Below, piece by piece: positions 1 to 10,823 of a stretch of DNA of 64,000 nucleotides (position 1 is its first letter; each line of letters opens with the position of its first letter). The stretch is taken from NCBI RefSeq assembly GCF_001194135.2, contig NC_068987.1:49719116-49783115 (forward strand), in the 5' to 3' direction. The notes under the pieces were generated by a model. The model was not told where the DNA came from. It did not search any database and saw only the letters and a list, made by a program, of their open reading frames with translations. The DNA is from Octopus bimaculoides (taxonomy: Eukaryota). The position numbers and the translations under genes are program-made.

Positions 1-619
1 GGCATAAGCTATCCTGGGCAGTCTCAGCGATATACTGTTGCAGATATTCAGTTTGTCAGGTCATTAGAAAGTGGCCTGATAGCTGGGAGTTGGTACAATT
101 GTTACTACACCCGACAAGCTGTTTGGTAGTATTTCGCCCATCTTTACATTCTCAGTTCAGATTTGCCTTTGATTCGGAGGTGCAGGGTAGAATAAGCACC
201 AGTCAAATACTTGAGCTGATGTAATAGACTATCCTTATCCCAAAATTTCAAGCCTTGAAAAAGGATATTAGTAAGGATTTTTAGAAAGTGGTTAGAAAGC
301 TGTGTGCTGGTAGAATCATTAGCACACTGCACAAGCAAGGTATAAAAGCTTAGCCAATCAGGCTTAGAGCTTTAATTCCAAAATGTTTTAGCAGCATTTC
401 ACCCATTTTTAAGTACAGAGATCAAATTCTGCCAAGGTTGACTTTGCCTTTCATCCTCTTGGGGTCAACCAGCAGAGGTTCTGTTTAGCTTTCACTTTTC
501 AAGTCCTTCAATTTTGTTCAACTTGATTTCAAATGTGGCATTGATGTAGTTTTGTATGCTAATTATGAACATGAAATTCATTTTTGCTTTAAATTAATTA
601 AAAACCGTAATAACTAAGT

Positions 620-880
620 TAGCAAATTTTGGGTAATTTTAGCCAATTGAAAGCCACAAACAGGGAATATTATGCTTCTCTGCTGCAGAAATTGCAGGAC
701 ACCATGTGGTTATAAAATCCTTCCTCACCCAACTTACTTCCTACACTCTCCAACCATAAAGTCTAATGACCCTATTTCCGAGGTAAAGTCTTGGCTCCAG
801 ACGAGTTCTTCAAAACTGCATAAGGCAATGGGAAAAGTGTCACCATTGGTGGTGGCTATGTAGGACGAATAATTATCCCA
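620..880 (+). mobile_element. Mariner-type transposase relic
   Basis: Frameshifted fragments GYKILPHPTY (cf. WEILPHPPYSPDL), EVKSWLQ and a WEK..TIGGGYV-like C-terminus. Confidence 0.6.
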
Positions 881-1339
881 GTCCTGGAGAAGTGAGACAA
901 ACCTTTTCATTACCACCCCTGCTGAGTACAAATGTCTTATGTCCATAAGTTTTGAATTAAAATCGTCCAAACCTTAGTCACGTTTTCCAACAATAGCTGA
1001 ATGATAACCAAGTTATTTTACTAATTCTTTGCTATATCTAAATTGAAAGAAGCAGTGCATCTCAAAATAAATACAGTAACAAGAGGGTTAATGAATACCC
1101 CTTGTATGAATTAATCTTTTTGACTGCAAAATGAAATTCTTTGTAACTGTCATACTAACTAGTCACAAAAGAAAAAAAAAAATTTTGTAATACGTTTTCA
1201 GTATCTCCTATATGTAGTCTTCCTACTCATCAGTTTAAGTATTTGATAAATGAAAAAATTAAGAAAATCTGAAAAATTGCCTTACAGCATAGTTTTTTCT
1301 TTCCTAAATTGTTAGAGTAAAACCCTCTTTCTGCAATTA

Positions 1340-1690
1340 CCAAAATAAATTAACCAGCTTGATATGCCACTGTGAAGGAAGGTTTCTGATTGTCCTTGAC
1401 ATCAGTGAACAGTCAAATCATTAAGCAGGTATCATCCTTCAACTACCTTGGAATTTTAATCAGATCAAAAGATGAAATGCTGGCAAAGTCTACTCTTAAA
1501 ATTGTATAACATCGTGGGAAACCATACTAGCAGCAAGACCAGGAACCGTATATTGAATTGCTATATCTGTGTAGCTAGGCATGGTCTTTAACATCAGAAA
1601 TCAAGTGTTTGGAGAGCCATGAAATGTGGTTCATAATATTGAAGATAGTATGCTCGTTATCAAGACCAAACCATTATTGATACTCTTTCC
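1340..1690 (+). mobile_element. RTE-clade LINE reverse transcriptase C-terminal relic
   Basis: Fragments IKQVSSFNYLG, TRNRILNCYI and CLESHEMWF. Confidence 0.55.
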
Positions 1691-2589
1691 CAGTTGGAAA
1701 TTGGGTAAAAACACTAGTGCTAGTTTATCAATGCCACAGGATGAAATGCAAAATCTTGGTGTAAAAAGTACTGGAAAAAAAAAAAAAAAAAGAGATCCTA
1801 CACTAATAATTTTGCTAATTCACTTTCCTTACGTTTGTCATCGAAATGGCTATTTAAAGAAAACAATGGGAAAAGATTACTTCTGGAAGGTTTTGAGGCT
1901 TCCGTTGATTTGCTCCCCGCTTTTATACAAATCTCAATAAGTCTCACTGGACGGAAGACAAGACAATGACTTCTGCAGTCTCAAACATGAAATTTTCATT
2001 AATGAGAAAATTTGCTCCCTTACAATTTTTTTTTGCCATGTACCCCTCTCATGAGCTAGGTGACTCGCCAGTTTTGCTCCTTAGCTGTAACATTGTCATG
2101 TCCCTTTACATTTTTCATTTGCTTTCGAACACTGCTTAAGCTTCAATCCCATTGCATAAGTACCTTCCTTTTATGAACCCAAGCCTTGAGGGGTAGAAAA
2201 AGTTTCATGTCATGCACGTCTCCACCTTGAAAATTGCAAGACGGTTGTAAAAGAGAATCACTGTTCTATAAGCAATGTTTCCATTCTAATGAGAAAAAAT
2301 AGCATTTACTTGAAAATATGAGGACTAATGACAGGAAGGACATCCAGTCAGAAAACTTGCCTCAACTTTCATCCAACTCATGAAAGCATGTAAAAGTACA
2401 CATTAAGGCAATGCAGAGATCCTCAAATAGTTGTAACATTAAAATGTAGTAAAAGCAAAAGGCTGCTAAACCCCTCTGCAGATATAAAGAACTATAGGAA
2501 ATAGTAACAGTTTATCATTTTCCGTAACAAAAGGAATAACAAAAAAAACATGTCTATGGTCACTTTTTTTATTATTGACTTTTCAAACA

Positions 2590-2631
2590 CTATGTAGCTT
2601 CCTCCTTAAGACGATCCTTTTTGAGGGGACC
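2590..2631 (-). CDS. RPL3: RPL3 exon 8 (stop)
   Basis: GPLKKDRLKEEAT*. Spliced CDS totals 1209 nt (402 aa). AATAAA at 2568-2573 on the minus strand. Confidence 0.97.
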   Translation of the reverse strand, partial: GPLKKDRLKEEAT

Positions 2632-2704
2632 CTGTAAAAGAAAATGTATTTTTGTAAGTATAATTTAAGATACTGTTCAGTTTGTATAATAAACAGTAAA
2701 ATGA

Positions 2705-2835
2705 ACATGTATCAGCCATTGGCGTCAGAGTAATGGTAAATATCACACTCTAAGCATTTAGACTGAGCTTTAATATTCGAGACTCACAGCACCAAGAAAT
2801 TACCTACAAACATCTCAGTGACTCTTGAGCTCGGA
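2705..2835 (-). ncRNA. Intronic box H/ACA snoRNA candidate (~131 nt) in RPL3 intron 7
   Basis: Hairpin 1: cgagctca/tgagtctcg lower stem, cactgaga/tcttggtg upper stem. H box ATATTA. Hairpin 2: tcagtc/ggctga lower stem, ttagagt/actctga upper stem. ACA lies 14 nt after the upper stem, followed by 3 nt (ACAtgt). Same strand as the host, ending 73 nt before the 3' splice site. Confidence 0.8.
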
Positions 2836-2960
2836 AAACTAAAATATCAGACTGCATATTTAAATAATTCAAACAAGGAACTTTACACAAACATTCTCAC
2901 ATACAGACATGTCAACTTTAACCAGATTTCAATTCATCACAAAAACAATATAACACTTAC

Positions 2961-3080
2961 CATAAAGTTTCTCTTCTCAGCCAATGTTTGGAAGCGACCA
3001 TTTCCAAATTTACTGGCAGTGTCAATAAACTTCAATGTTATCTTCTCCAGAGCCTTACGCTTGAAGTGAGTCAGGAGAGA
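2961..3080 (-). CDS. RPL3: RPL3 exon 7 (120 nt)
   Basis: [40 protein letters not shown]|gtaagt. Confidence 0.98.
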
Positions 3081-3493
3081 CTAAAAAAAAAGGAACAAAT
3101 TTTAAAAATGTTGACAAGTTTGGTTCCCAACCAGGTATTTTGGTTTCAATCCAACTGTGACACGTTCAAGTTTAACAATGAAGGGAAAAAATACTAGCAA
3201 AATATAGACTAAGCTACAACCTCCAGTATAAACGGTAAAGACCACATTGAAACATGACAAAGACATTCTTTCCATACACGTTCATGTTGAATCGTCCAAT
3301 CGATGCCAGCATGGAAGAGACGTTGAAACAATTACTGTTTAATGGCAAGACCTTGGCAAGTATTTAGTGCATAAGCAAACTTGTGTTTACTAAGACTGAT
3401 CATACGTAAGCAATTTCATATATCTAATAGTTTTCTATGTGATCTAATTTTGAGTAGAACATTTACAATTTTAATGGAATTCAGGATATTTAC

Positions 3494-3852
3494 CTTACGC
3501 ATAGTAAGAATCCTTTTTCTGGGTCCCATAACACAGCCTTTTAACATCAGGAAATCTTGATTCACTTTACCATAGTGGGGGAAGCCACCGACAGGAGTGA
3601 TGGATTTGTCAGTTGGATCATATTCAGTAGCAGCGTTGTTCTTTACTACTTTACCATCATGGGTGTGAATACCACGACCAACACGATAGATTTTTTTGTT
3701 GATCTCAGTACGATGATGATAACCTTTCTGACCAGCTCTTGCTACAGAATACTGGACTCTGCTAGGATGCCAAGCACCAATACAAGCAACTTTTCGCAAA
3801 CCTTTGTGAGTTTTCCTGGGCAGTTTTTTGGTATGCCAACGAGATGTAACAC
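3494..3852 (-). CDS. RPL3: RPL3 exon 6 (359 nt)
   Basis: [15 protein letters not shown]...[37 protein letters not shown]...[17 protein letters not shown]|gtaaat. Confidence 0.99.
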
Positions 3853-3985
3853 CTGAAAAGATAAATTGAAATTTCTCCTTGAGTATATTAGAAATTACGT
3901 ATCAAGAAAGAAGCTCCCAAAGATACAAGTAGCAACACCCCATCCCCGCAACGTAAATACTAGTTTTCCAGTAGAACCTACTCAC

Positions 3986-4172
3986 CTTTCATACCCTTGC
4001 CACGGGTCACACCAATTACATCAATTAATTCATCTTGCTGGAAGACATCAGCAATGGATATTGGCTTCTCCAAGTTGGCTCTAGCCCACTTCACCTTATC
4101 TTCAGTGGTGCCACCATTCAGCTGAATTTCACAAATATGTGCCTTCTTGGTACGCTTCCTGAGTTGGCGAAT
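3986..4172 (-). CDS. RPL3: RPL3 exon 5 (187 nt)
   Basis: [62 protein letters not shown]|gtgagt. Confidence 0.98.
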
Positions 4173-4415
4173 CTAAAATGTAGAAAATTTCTAGTTCTAA
4201 GCAAATGTGAAACATTTAACCATACCATAGTTGACTCGTTTCAAATAACTTTCCAATGTAAAATTACTTTTGTAATTAAGCTAGTTTTAAAATTAAAATG
4301 AAATTTTTTTTTATGTAGGATTTTAGTTTAGACTTTAATATCTAGGATGAAGAATTTCAAGTACATATTAGCTTTCAGTTATCAAACTGTTAAAATTGAT
4401 ATTTTGTGAACTCAC

Positions 4416-4551
4416 CTGAGTATGGACGATAATCCTAATGGTGTTGCAATAACGGATCAGCTTTTGATAATCCTTTTCAATACTCTTCTTGCCAGCTGCA
4501 TCTTGGTACTTCTTGGCGTATTTGGTATATGCCTTCCTCTTAGAGCGAGAC
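4416..4551 (-). CDS. RPL3: RPL3 exon 4 (136 nt)
   Basis: (W)SRSKRKAYTKYAKKYQDAAGKKSIEKDYQKLIRYCNTIRIIVHTQ|gtgagt; phase consistent with exon 3. Confidence 0.97.
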
Positions 4552-4794
4552 CTTTAAAGTAGGATGGTAATAAGTAGCAAGCCTCATCACGTAAGAACAG
4601 TGAGCGGAGACTCGTTACATCAAGCAACTCAGCTCAGTCAAGCCAGCCGCAAAGTAAATGCTAAATACGTAAGGACAGTTCACACAACCTTTGTGCCAAA
4701 CAATTAAGTAACTAGCATTGACTTCAAAGACCAGATGAGAGGAACTATACCATTGCTTATCTGCAGACTTGCTATGCATTTATGCGGTATAGTC
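4552..4794 (-). other. Putative alternative (unproductive) 5' extension of RPL3 exon 4 via an upstream 3' splice site
   Basis: gctgactgtttctcttgtAG|G acceptor (AG at 4796-4795). The 243-nt extension reads TGG ACT ATA ... ACT TAA, with the stop at 4706-4704. Confidence 0.6.
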
Positions 4795-5125
4795 CTACAA
4801 GAGAAACAGTCAGCACAATTTAAGACATGCATGTCAGATAAAATAAGTAATCCTTTATGGGAGATTTAAAAAATGTAAAAAATTAAAGGGAAAATAACAA
4901 GGGGAGTTAAGTCAACGTACACATAACCAAAAAGTGAACAAATGTCTTTCTCTGGTGAAAACATTCAATCTATCGCATCACAAAAAATTCATGAAGCTTG
5001 CTCTTGAAAATGAAGCTACACGAAACATTGGTTGCTTTCTCCAGTGTCGGCCGAGCTAAAGATCATGGACCGTACCCCCATTGCGATTTTTTGTTTTCTT
5101 TTTCACAGGAACACAGTATACCGAG

Positions 5126-5810
5126 GGCGGCGATTCCGAATCTGCATTTCAAAATTTAAATCCTCCTTCCTCCCACCTAAATTTTCTTTCAAAACTTTTT
5201 GGCGAAATACGTAAAAAAAAAAATACGAAACCTGAAAAAAAGTTCTGTAAAATTTCGATTAAAAAAAAACCCAACCGTCCCCTCCGACATCTGACAAGTG
5301 AAATTAAAGTGTTTTCTCTACTGCGTCATGCAGAACATATGGTTGAGGGTCTTTTGGAATTAAGAGAGGTATGTAAAAATTAGATTTCTTGCACACAACA
5401 AAATGTCATTAAAAAAATTCTCTTTTGGTAATTCGTATTTAAAAAGTTGATCCTCGGTTTCGCTTGTCAGATTTCCGGTTGGGGCTAGTTTAGTAACTCG
5501 TATTAAAATTTTGAAAACGTGTTTGTAGCATGTCAGGTTTTCTGTTTATATACTTTTTGCGTCTGCTATTTTATAATTCTATGCATGCGTGAAACATTGG
5601 TAGAGAAAACACTTTAATTTCACTTTTTGTCGCAGGGCGAAGGGGGGTGGGGGTGGGGTGAAAAATTGAGACTTTACAATTTTTTTTTTCAGAATCATAA
5701 TCTCCCTATTTTTCTACGTATTTTGCCCCCAAATTTTTTTTTAAATGAATATTTAAGAAATGGGGGAGGGGTGGATTTAAATTTACAAATGCAGATTCGG
5801 AATCTCCGCC
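5126..5810. repeat. Foldback/inverted repeat element in RPL3 intron 3
   Basis: Arms 5126-5321 and 5600-5810. Outer 24 bp match with 1 mismatch; inner 26 bp are perfect (aagtgaaattaaagtgttttctctac / gtagagaaaacactttaatttcactt). Confidence 0.8.
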
Positions 5811-5905
5811 AGCGACAAAAAACATTTAACTTCTCTTCAATTTTTCTTTACTTTTAAAAAATCCCATACTGAAGGATAACCTAAAATATAATGAACTTTA
5901 CTTAC

Positions 5906-6074
5906 CAGTTCTTATAGAAACGACGCCTGCACTCTTCTCCAAGATGTTCAGCAAAAATAGACTTGAAAGCACGTGGACCACGTGGAGTATCGATGTAGCC
6001 AGTAATTCCAATACAGACTACAGGTGGACATTCAATAATGGTGACACCTTCCAATACTTCTTTCTTATTCACCT
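5906..6074 (-). CDS. RPL3: RPL3 exon 3 (169 nt)
   Basis: [55 protein letters not shown]; canonical AG/GT boundaries. Confidence 0.98.
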
Positions 6075-6963
6075 CTGAAATGTCAAATTATTTTAATTGA
6101 TCACCGAAACTAGATAGTGAGTTACGAATTAGTATCGATTGCTAAAATGAGTGGGTATAATATTAAAAACTGGTTTAAACACTAAAATTTCATTTTTTTT
6201 AAATACCACCCCTCACACAGCAAATCCAACTTTAGGGCTAATGCAGTTTTGCACCGGATTCCTCCGCTTTTGATGTCAGAGATAACGGAATAAGCAAACA
6301 AAAGTTTTGATTTTATTTACTTTAAAGAGATCATAACGAATTTACGAACATATGCAAATCGAAATTAAATACAAAAAACAATGAAATAATTTAATGTAAA
6401 TTTTTGAAATAATTCTATGTAAAAAATAAGGAAAAAGAAAATTCAAAGCATCAAATGATGAGTATAATAAAATACACCATTTTATGAGATTTTTTGCATA
6501 TTCGTAATTTCCGACATCTAAAACAGGGATCCGAAAAATATTTTCNNNNNNNNNNNNNNNNNNNNNNNNNNNNNNNNNNNNNNNNNNNNNNNNNNNNNNN
6601 NNNNNNNNNNNNNNNNNNNNNNNCAAGGACAGGTGCGAAACTGCATGGTAGGGTAGGGGGTTAATTTTTTTTTTCCTTGCATATTCGTAATCGACATCTA
6701 AAAGTTAATTTTGTTTTCGAAAAATTGCGTTTTTCAAGAAGTGCGAAACTGCACCTCCCCCCGTTCAGTTTTTTTGTCTGTATTTCATTTCTAACGTAAG
6801 GACAATCGTTTATATTTTCAACTAAATTTTTTTTAATTGTCAAAAGGGGAAAAAAAAAAAAAAATTTACATGCTGCGCGAAAAGAATTTAAATAAGAAAT
6901 TATGAACACTTAATGAACTTAAGTAAAAAAAAGTGAAGTTTTTACTGTAAAACCATCCGACAG

Positions 6964-6988
6964 CACGTGGCAGAATGTCCGCCATCTT
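6964..6988. promoter_or_regulatory. E-box (CACGTG) and YY1-type motif (AAGATGGCGG) in RPL3 intron 2
   Basis: CACGTG at 6964-6969; CCGCCATCTT at 6979-6988 (AAGATGGCGG on minus). Both motif classes are typical near ribosomal protein gene starts; function is inferred. Confidence 0.45.
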
Positions 6989-7054
6989 CACGTACGGCAT
7001 CATACCAAGATAACATTAATTAAAATGCGACTAATTACTAAAAATATAACTTAC

Positions 7055-7247
7055 TTGAGCCAGGTCTGTCAACTTCGCGAACGATATGAGTCATCCCAGC
7101 CTTATAACCCATAAAAGCGGTTAAGTGAACGGGCTTTTTGGGATCATCTTTTGGAAATGCCTTGATTTTCCCCTTATGACGTTGACTTCTTTTTTTGGGC
7201 AGAAAGCCCTTGGAGCCATGCCGTGGGGCAGAAAATTTACGATGAGA
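7055..7247 (-). CDS. RPL3: RPL3 exon 2 (193 nt)
   Basis: cag|TCT CAT CGT AAA: [64 protein letters not shown], then |gtaagt. Confidence 0.98.
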
Positions 7248-7360
7248 CTGAAATGATTAAAAAAATATGCTCAACATAAAAACTGAAGGGTTTTAAGTAG
7301 TATTAATAAATCTGACGACATAATTTTTATAGTGAAGCAACCAGAGACTAGACTACGTAC

Positions 7361-7363
7361 CAT
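7361..7363 (-). CDS. RPL3: Ribosomal protein L3 (uL3), exon 1 (ATG only)
   Basis: Minus strand reads tcttttctctgcagatcgcttgctgtgATG|gtacgt. The ATG is directly followed by a GT donor, the same layout as vertebrate RPL3 exon 1. Confidence 0.9.
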
Positions 7364-7380
7364 CACAGCAAGCGATCTGC

Positions 7381-7419
7381 AGAGAAAAGAATATGGAAGA
7401 CTGGGTGGTGATTTATATA
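7381..7419 (-). promoter_or_regulatory. RPL3 core promoter: TATA box plus TCT/5'TOP initiator
   Basis: TATATAAA at 7419-7412 (minus) lies about 23-30 nt upstream of the pyrimidine run TTCTTTTCTCT (7391-7381). TCT/TOP starts are established for metazoan ribosomal protein genes. Confidence 0.8.
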
Positions 7420-7811
7420 GTAGAAGGTAGCGCGCGCGCGAAGTTCACAACCCTACGAGAGTTTGATTTATGATTAAAATTTTAAATAATTTCTATTAAC
7501 TGAAAATGTACACAATAGTATTTATAATAAAAATTATTCAAGAATATGTTAAAACTAAAAAATATGTGATTCTAAACTATAAAAATTATTTGTGAACAAG
7601 AATTAAGAGTCAAATTGAAAGACACTTTTTCGTATCAAATAAGTTTGTTTTTATTTTTAATTAATTCGTTAAATACAGTGAAAATGTAACTAAAAATTAA
7701 CATGTAAAATTATAGTGCTTCTTAGTTTTAAATTACATAAATGCTCAAAATCTTGATAATGTTATTAGTTCGCTTTATTGTTTCACAACCTTGTCGTTCA
7801 GGGTTGGCAAA

Positions 7812-7908
7812 ATGGTGGCAGACGACAACATTGACCGTGATCTTCCTTATAATAAATTTGTTTTCAGCATTTTTAAGATCATAGATAAACCAGTGACTGC
7901 TTTTAGAG
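7812..7908 (+). CDS. NDUFB10: NADH dehydrogenase 1 beta subcomplex subunit 10 (PDSW), exon 1
   Basis: MVADDNIDRDLPYNKFVFSIFKIIDKPVTAFR + G|gtaagc; resembles vertebrate LIVDRPVTLVRE. Confidence 0.9.
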
Positions 7909-8546
7909 GTAAGCTTTGTCACTTTATAACTAAATCTGTTTTATATTAACTGTCAAGCATTAACTTTATTTAAATACCTTTGCTTTGATTTTGCCCTTGA
8001 AGTTGAAAGAGTTAGGTATTTTTTTTTTAATCCGTGTTTTTAAAACTAGATTTATTTTGTTATGAGAAAAAGACTATTATTAAATAACTACATTTATTCT
8101 CTTTTCATTTTGCAATACTATTTTCCAACAAGGCATTTTTTTAATGCATGTCATTAATGTTAAGATTAAAGATAATAAAGTAAACGGTGGAATTATAAGG
8201 ACAAACTTATTTTCTTAGTAATTTTGGTCTTACAGTCAGTATTTTTTTGATTCAGTTACACCTCTGCACGACCTATCTTAAATTTGTAAGGCGACTCTAG
8301 TTTAATTTTCTTTTGAGGTTTATTAACCTTATAATTCAAATTTTGGCAGTTTTGGAATATATCTGTCAATATCACCTTTAGTTTCTGTGATAAACCTGAT
8401 TGAATAACATGGCCCTATCTCGTTCATTTTCAAATTCATCTTCAAAATAGTAGGGAGTAGTAATCTCAATGGATTTTATTATTATTATCAGACAAATGAT
8501 AACACTGTTTTAGCCTCCAAACCAAGGTGAGGAGAACCTAAAAGTT

Positions 8547-8870
8547 TATTTTTATTTAACAATATTCCAAGTCAATTACAAGTTAAAACTGGAAATCCGA
8601 CATCTTTAGATACTGCTGTCTGTCAGCATCAGTCTGTTGCCATGGTACTCTAGTTGAAGATTGCAGTTCCCCTATTTCATTCATCTTAAAAGAAATTCTA
8701 ATAGAAAATCAAGTACTTTGATAACTTCTTCAAAATATAGACTCTTATATTTTTTTCTAACTAAAATGGATAAATATTTCTTTTGTGTAGTATTGTAAGT
8801 GCATCTGCCTAGCAAAAGAAAGTAACAGGGATGTATTCCAGTGTACATTTTGAAATATTATTTGAATACC
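8547..8870 (+). repeat. ~320-bp direct repeat of 12199-12525
   Basis: Near-identical sequence starting tttttatttaacaatattccaagtcaattaca; the two copies flank NDUFB10 exon 2. Confidence 0.85.
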
Positions 8871-10499
8871 TAAAAATTTGTTGACCAAAATTTTACTATT
8901 ACTTGAGGTATGGTTTCTGAGAATGTGTTAGTTGTGTAGCAGCAACTGAGTGGTGATTATTTTTCTCTTTGCAACCATACATTATTGTAAAATTGTATGG
9001 TTTTTAAATTGTTTCCATTGTCTGTGATTAGCAGTTTAGCGTGTGGTAAACCTGATTGTGATGCCATAGTCTGTATCCATTCACCTGCGTTGTGCTGTTC
9101 TGTGGCCTAACTCTTACTAGTTCTGTGCAGCTCAGTGCTGTAAGAAGCAGGTGTAGTATGTAATTAAAGGTGTTTTGTTTGCCTGCAGTGCTACATTCAT
9201 GTTCTTCATTATGCTTGTATAGACAACAGTAAGCAACCTGAAATCATTGTGATCACATGGAAATAAATCTCAACTTCTGTATAAAACTTTAAGATGGAAG
9301 AAGATATTTTAGTACCAGTTGCAAGTTATTAATGCTTATCAACTTGAAACCATACTGCTTCTTGGTCAGTAGAAGAAAAGATCTATAATTCTTCAGACTT
9401 TAACCACCCTTATCATGATATCACAAAGCACACACACCTATATATATAGAAAGTCATACTAGATCAGTCATCTCTCTTTTAAATATACTCAAACTTCACC
9501 ATTCTGTGCTGCCATCCAACACTTTCTTTTCTGAAAGACCTCTATTTCCAACCTTCACCTACTCTTGCATTTATCTCATCATCCAACTCTGCTGTTACCA
9601 ATCATTCCATTCTCCATGACTTCACTCAAATAGCCTCTTTTTTCCCCATCATACTCTTGCTCTTTTCACCCACTCACCCTTACCTTTACCACTTCAGCCA
9701 TTACCACTTACTTTCCTACCAACAATACCCCTAAATATATCTGCCTTCTCATCATACTCTTGACCCATTCACCTTCCCACCTATTCTCATCCCTCAGATG
9801 TCATGGTTTTCTCTCCTCCTCTTCAAATATCCATTTCTGGCATCATTCTTCCCTTTACTGTTCACACTATAAGGTGGTTGGGTAAATCAGCAGAGAAAGT
9901 ATATGGTTATGAGGTCCCTCTAGTCCTGTCTCACAGATGACTGTTCAGCCTCTCAAGTGTTGGTGCCATAAGAAAATGCACCCAGTATACTATGTAAAGT
10001 GGTTGACATTTGGAAAAACATCTAGCCATACTAGCCATAAATACCAAGCCAGATGACATGTATGTACACCAAGACACCTTGACTTCGAAAGCAGTCGCTC
10101 CTAGTGGGAAGTAACTTGAACTGCAATGACCCAACCAACCTGTGCTAGCATAGAAAATGGACATAAAAAAATAATGATGATATTGTATTACTTAAATGAA
10201 CACAATAGTAATGGATTAGTTAAAAATTGTTGGGAGTGTATGACCATCAATAAATGTTCTGAATATCTCCTTGCTGAACATATTTCCATCTGTATCTCTC
10301 TTAATACCATCACCATTCATGCCACCACTATGGGAGAACTTTTATGCAGTCACTGGACTTGCTTGAAACAGAAGCTGTCCCTCACATTCCACTCTATCAT
10401 TTTTAAAACAAACAAATGACACACACAGTTTACTTGGATATAAAAGCAGGATGGTTCATTGGTGGAAGATCTGTGATGATATTTTTTTTTACTCAATGA

Positions 10500-10740
10500 G
10501 GGCATGTGATTAGAATGTCACAGGAAAGAATAGCGAGAGGGATTCTTCAAACTGAAAGAACTAAGGGTATACCAAGAACAAAATGGTTGGATGACATCTA
10601 TAGTCCTAGTTGGTCACACTTGGGAATCCAGCCTGAAATTCTAATGACAGTTGTTTCTGATAAGACCCTATGGAGGAGTTGCCTGAGGACTCTGCCCCCG
10701 ATGACCCTCCTAGAAATAATGAGCAGACCTGCAAGTAAGC
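10500..10740 (+). mobile_element. RTE LINE 3' coding relic
   Basis: RIARGILQTERTKGIPRTKWLDDI...VVSDKTLWRS, a typical RTE ORF C-terminus. Confidence 0.6.
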
Positions 10741-10823
10741 AATATGAACAACAACATGGATTTTATCATACTCATCATTTGATACTTTGAATTTTCTTTT
10801 TTCTTATTTTTTTTTTTATTTAG

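Noticed and set aside
734-970. 78-aa minus-strand ORF with a gtaagt donor, resembling an exon
   Set aside because: It is antisense to a mariner transposase relic, has an in-frame stop just upstream and has only a poor acceptor.
3100-3175. Possible H/ACA 3' hairpin with ACA in RPL3 intron 6
   Set aside because: Pocket-to-ACA spacing is about 17 nt and there is no H box or convincing 5' hairpin.
4740-4860. Plus-strand ANANNA after the 4740-4796 hairpin (H/ACA-like)
   Set aside because: Wrong strand for the host gene, and no second hairpin or ACA.
6945-7005. Resemblance to SNORD43/U43 (ATGATG...GATGGCGGACA...GTGCTG)
   Set aside because: The guide would need GACGGGCGG to pair with the universal 18S site, and there is no CTGA D box; better explained as YY1/E-box motifs.
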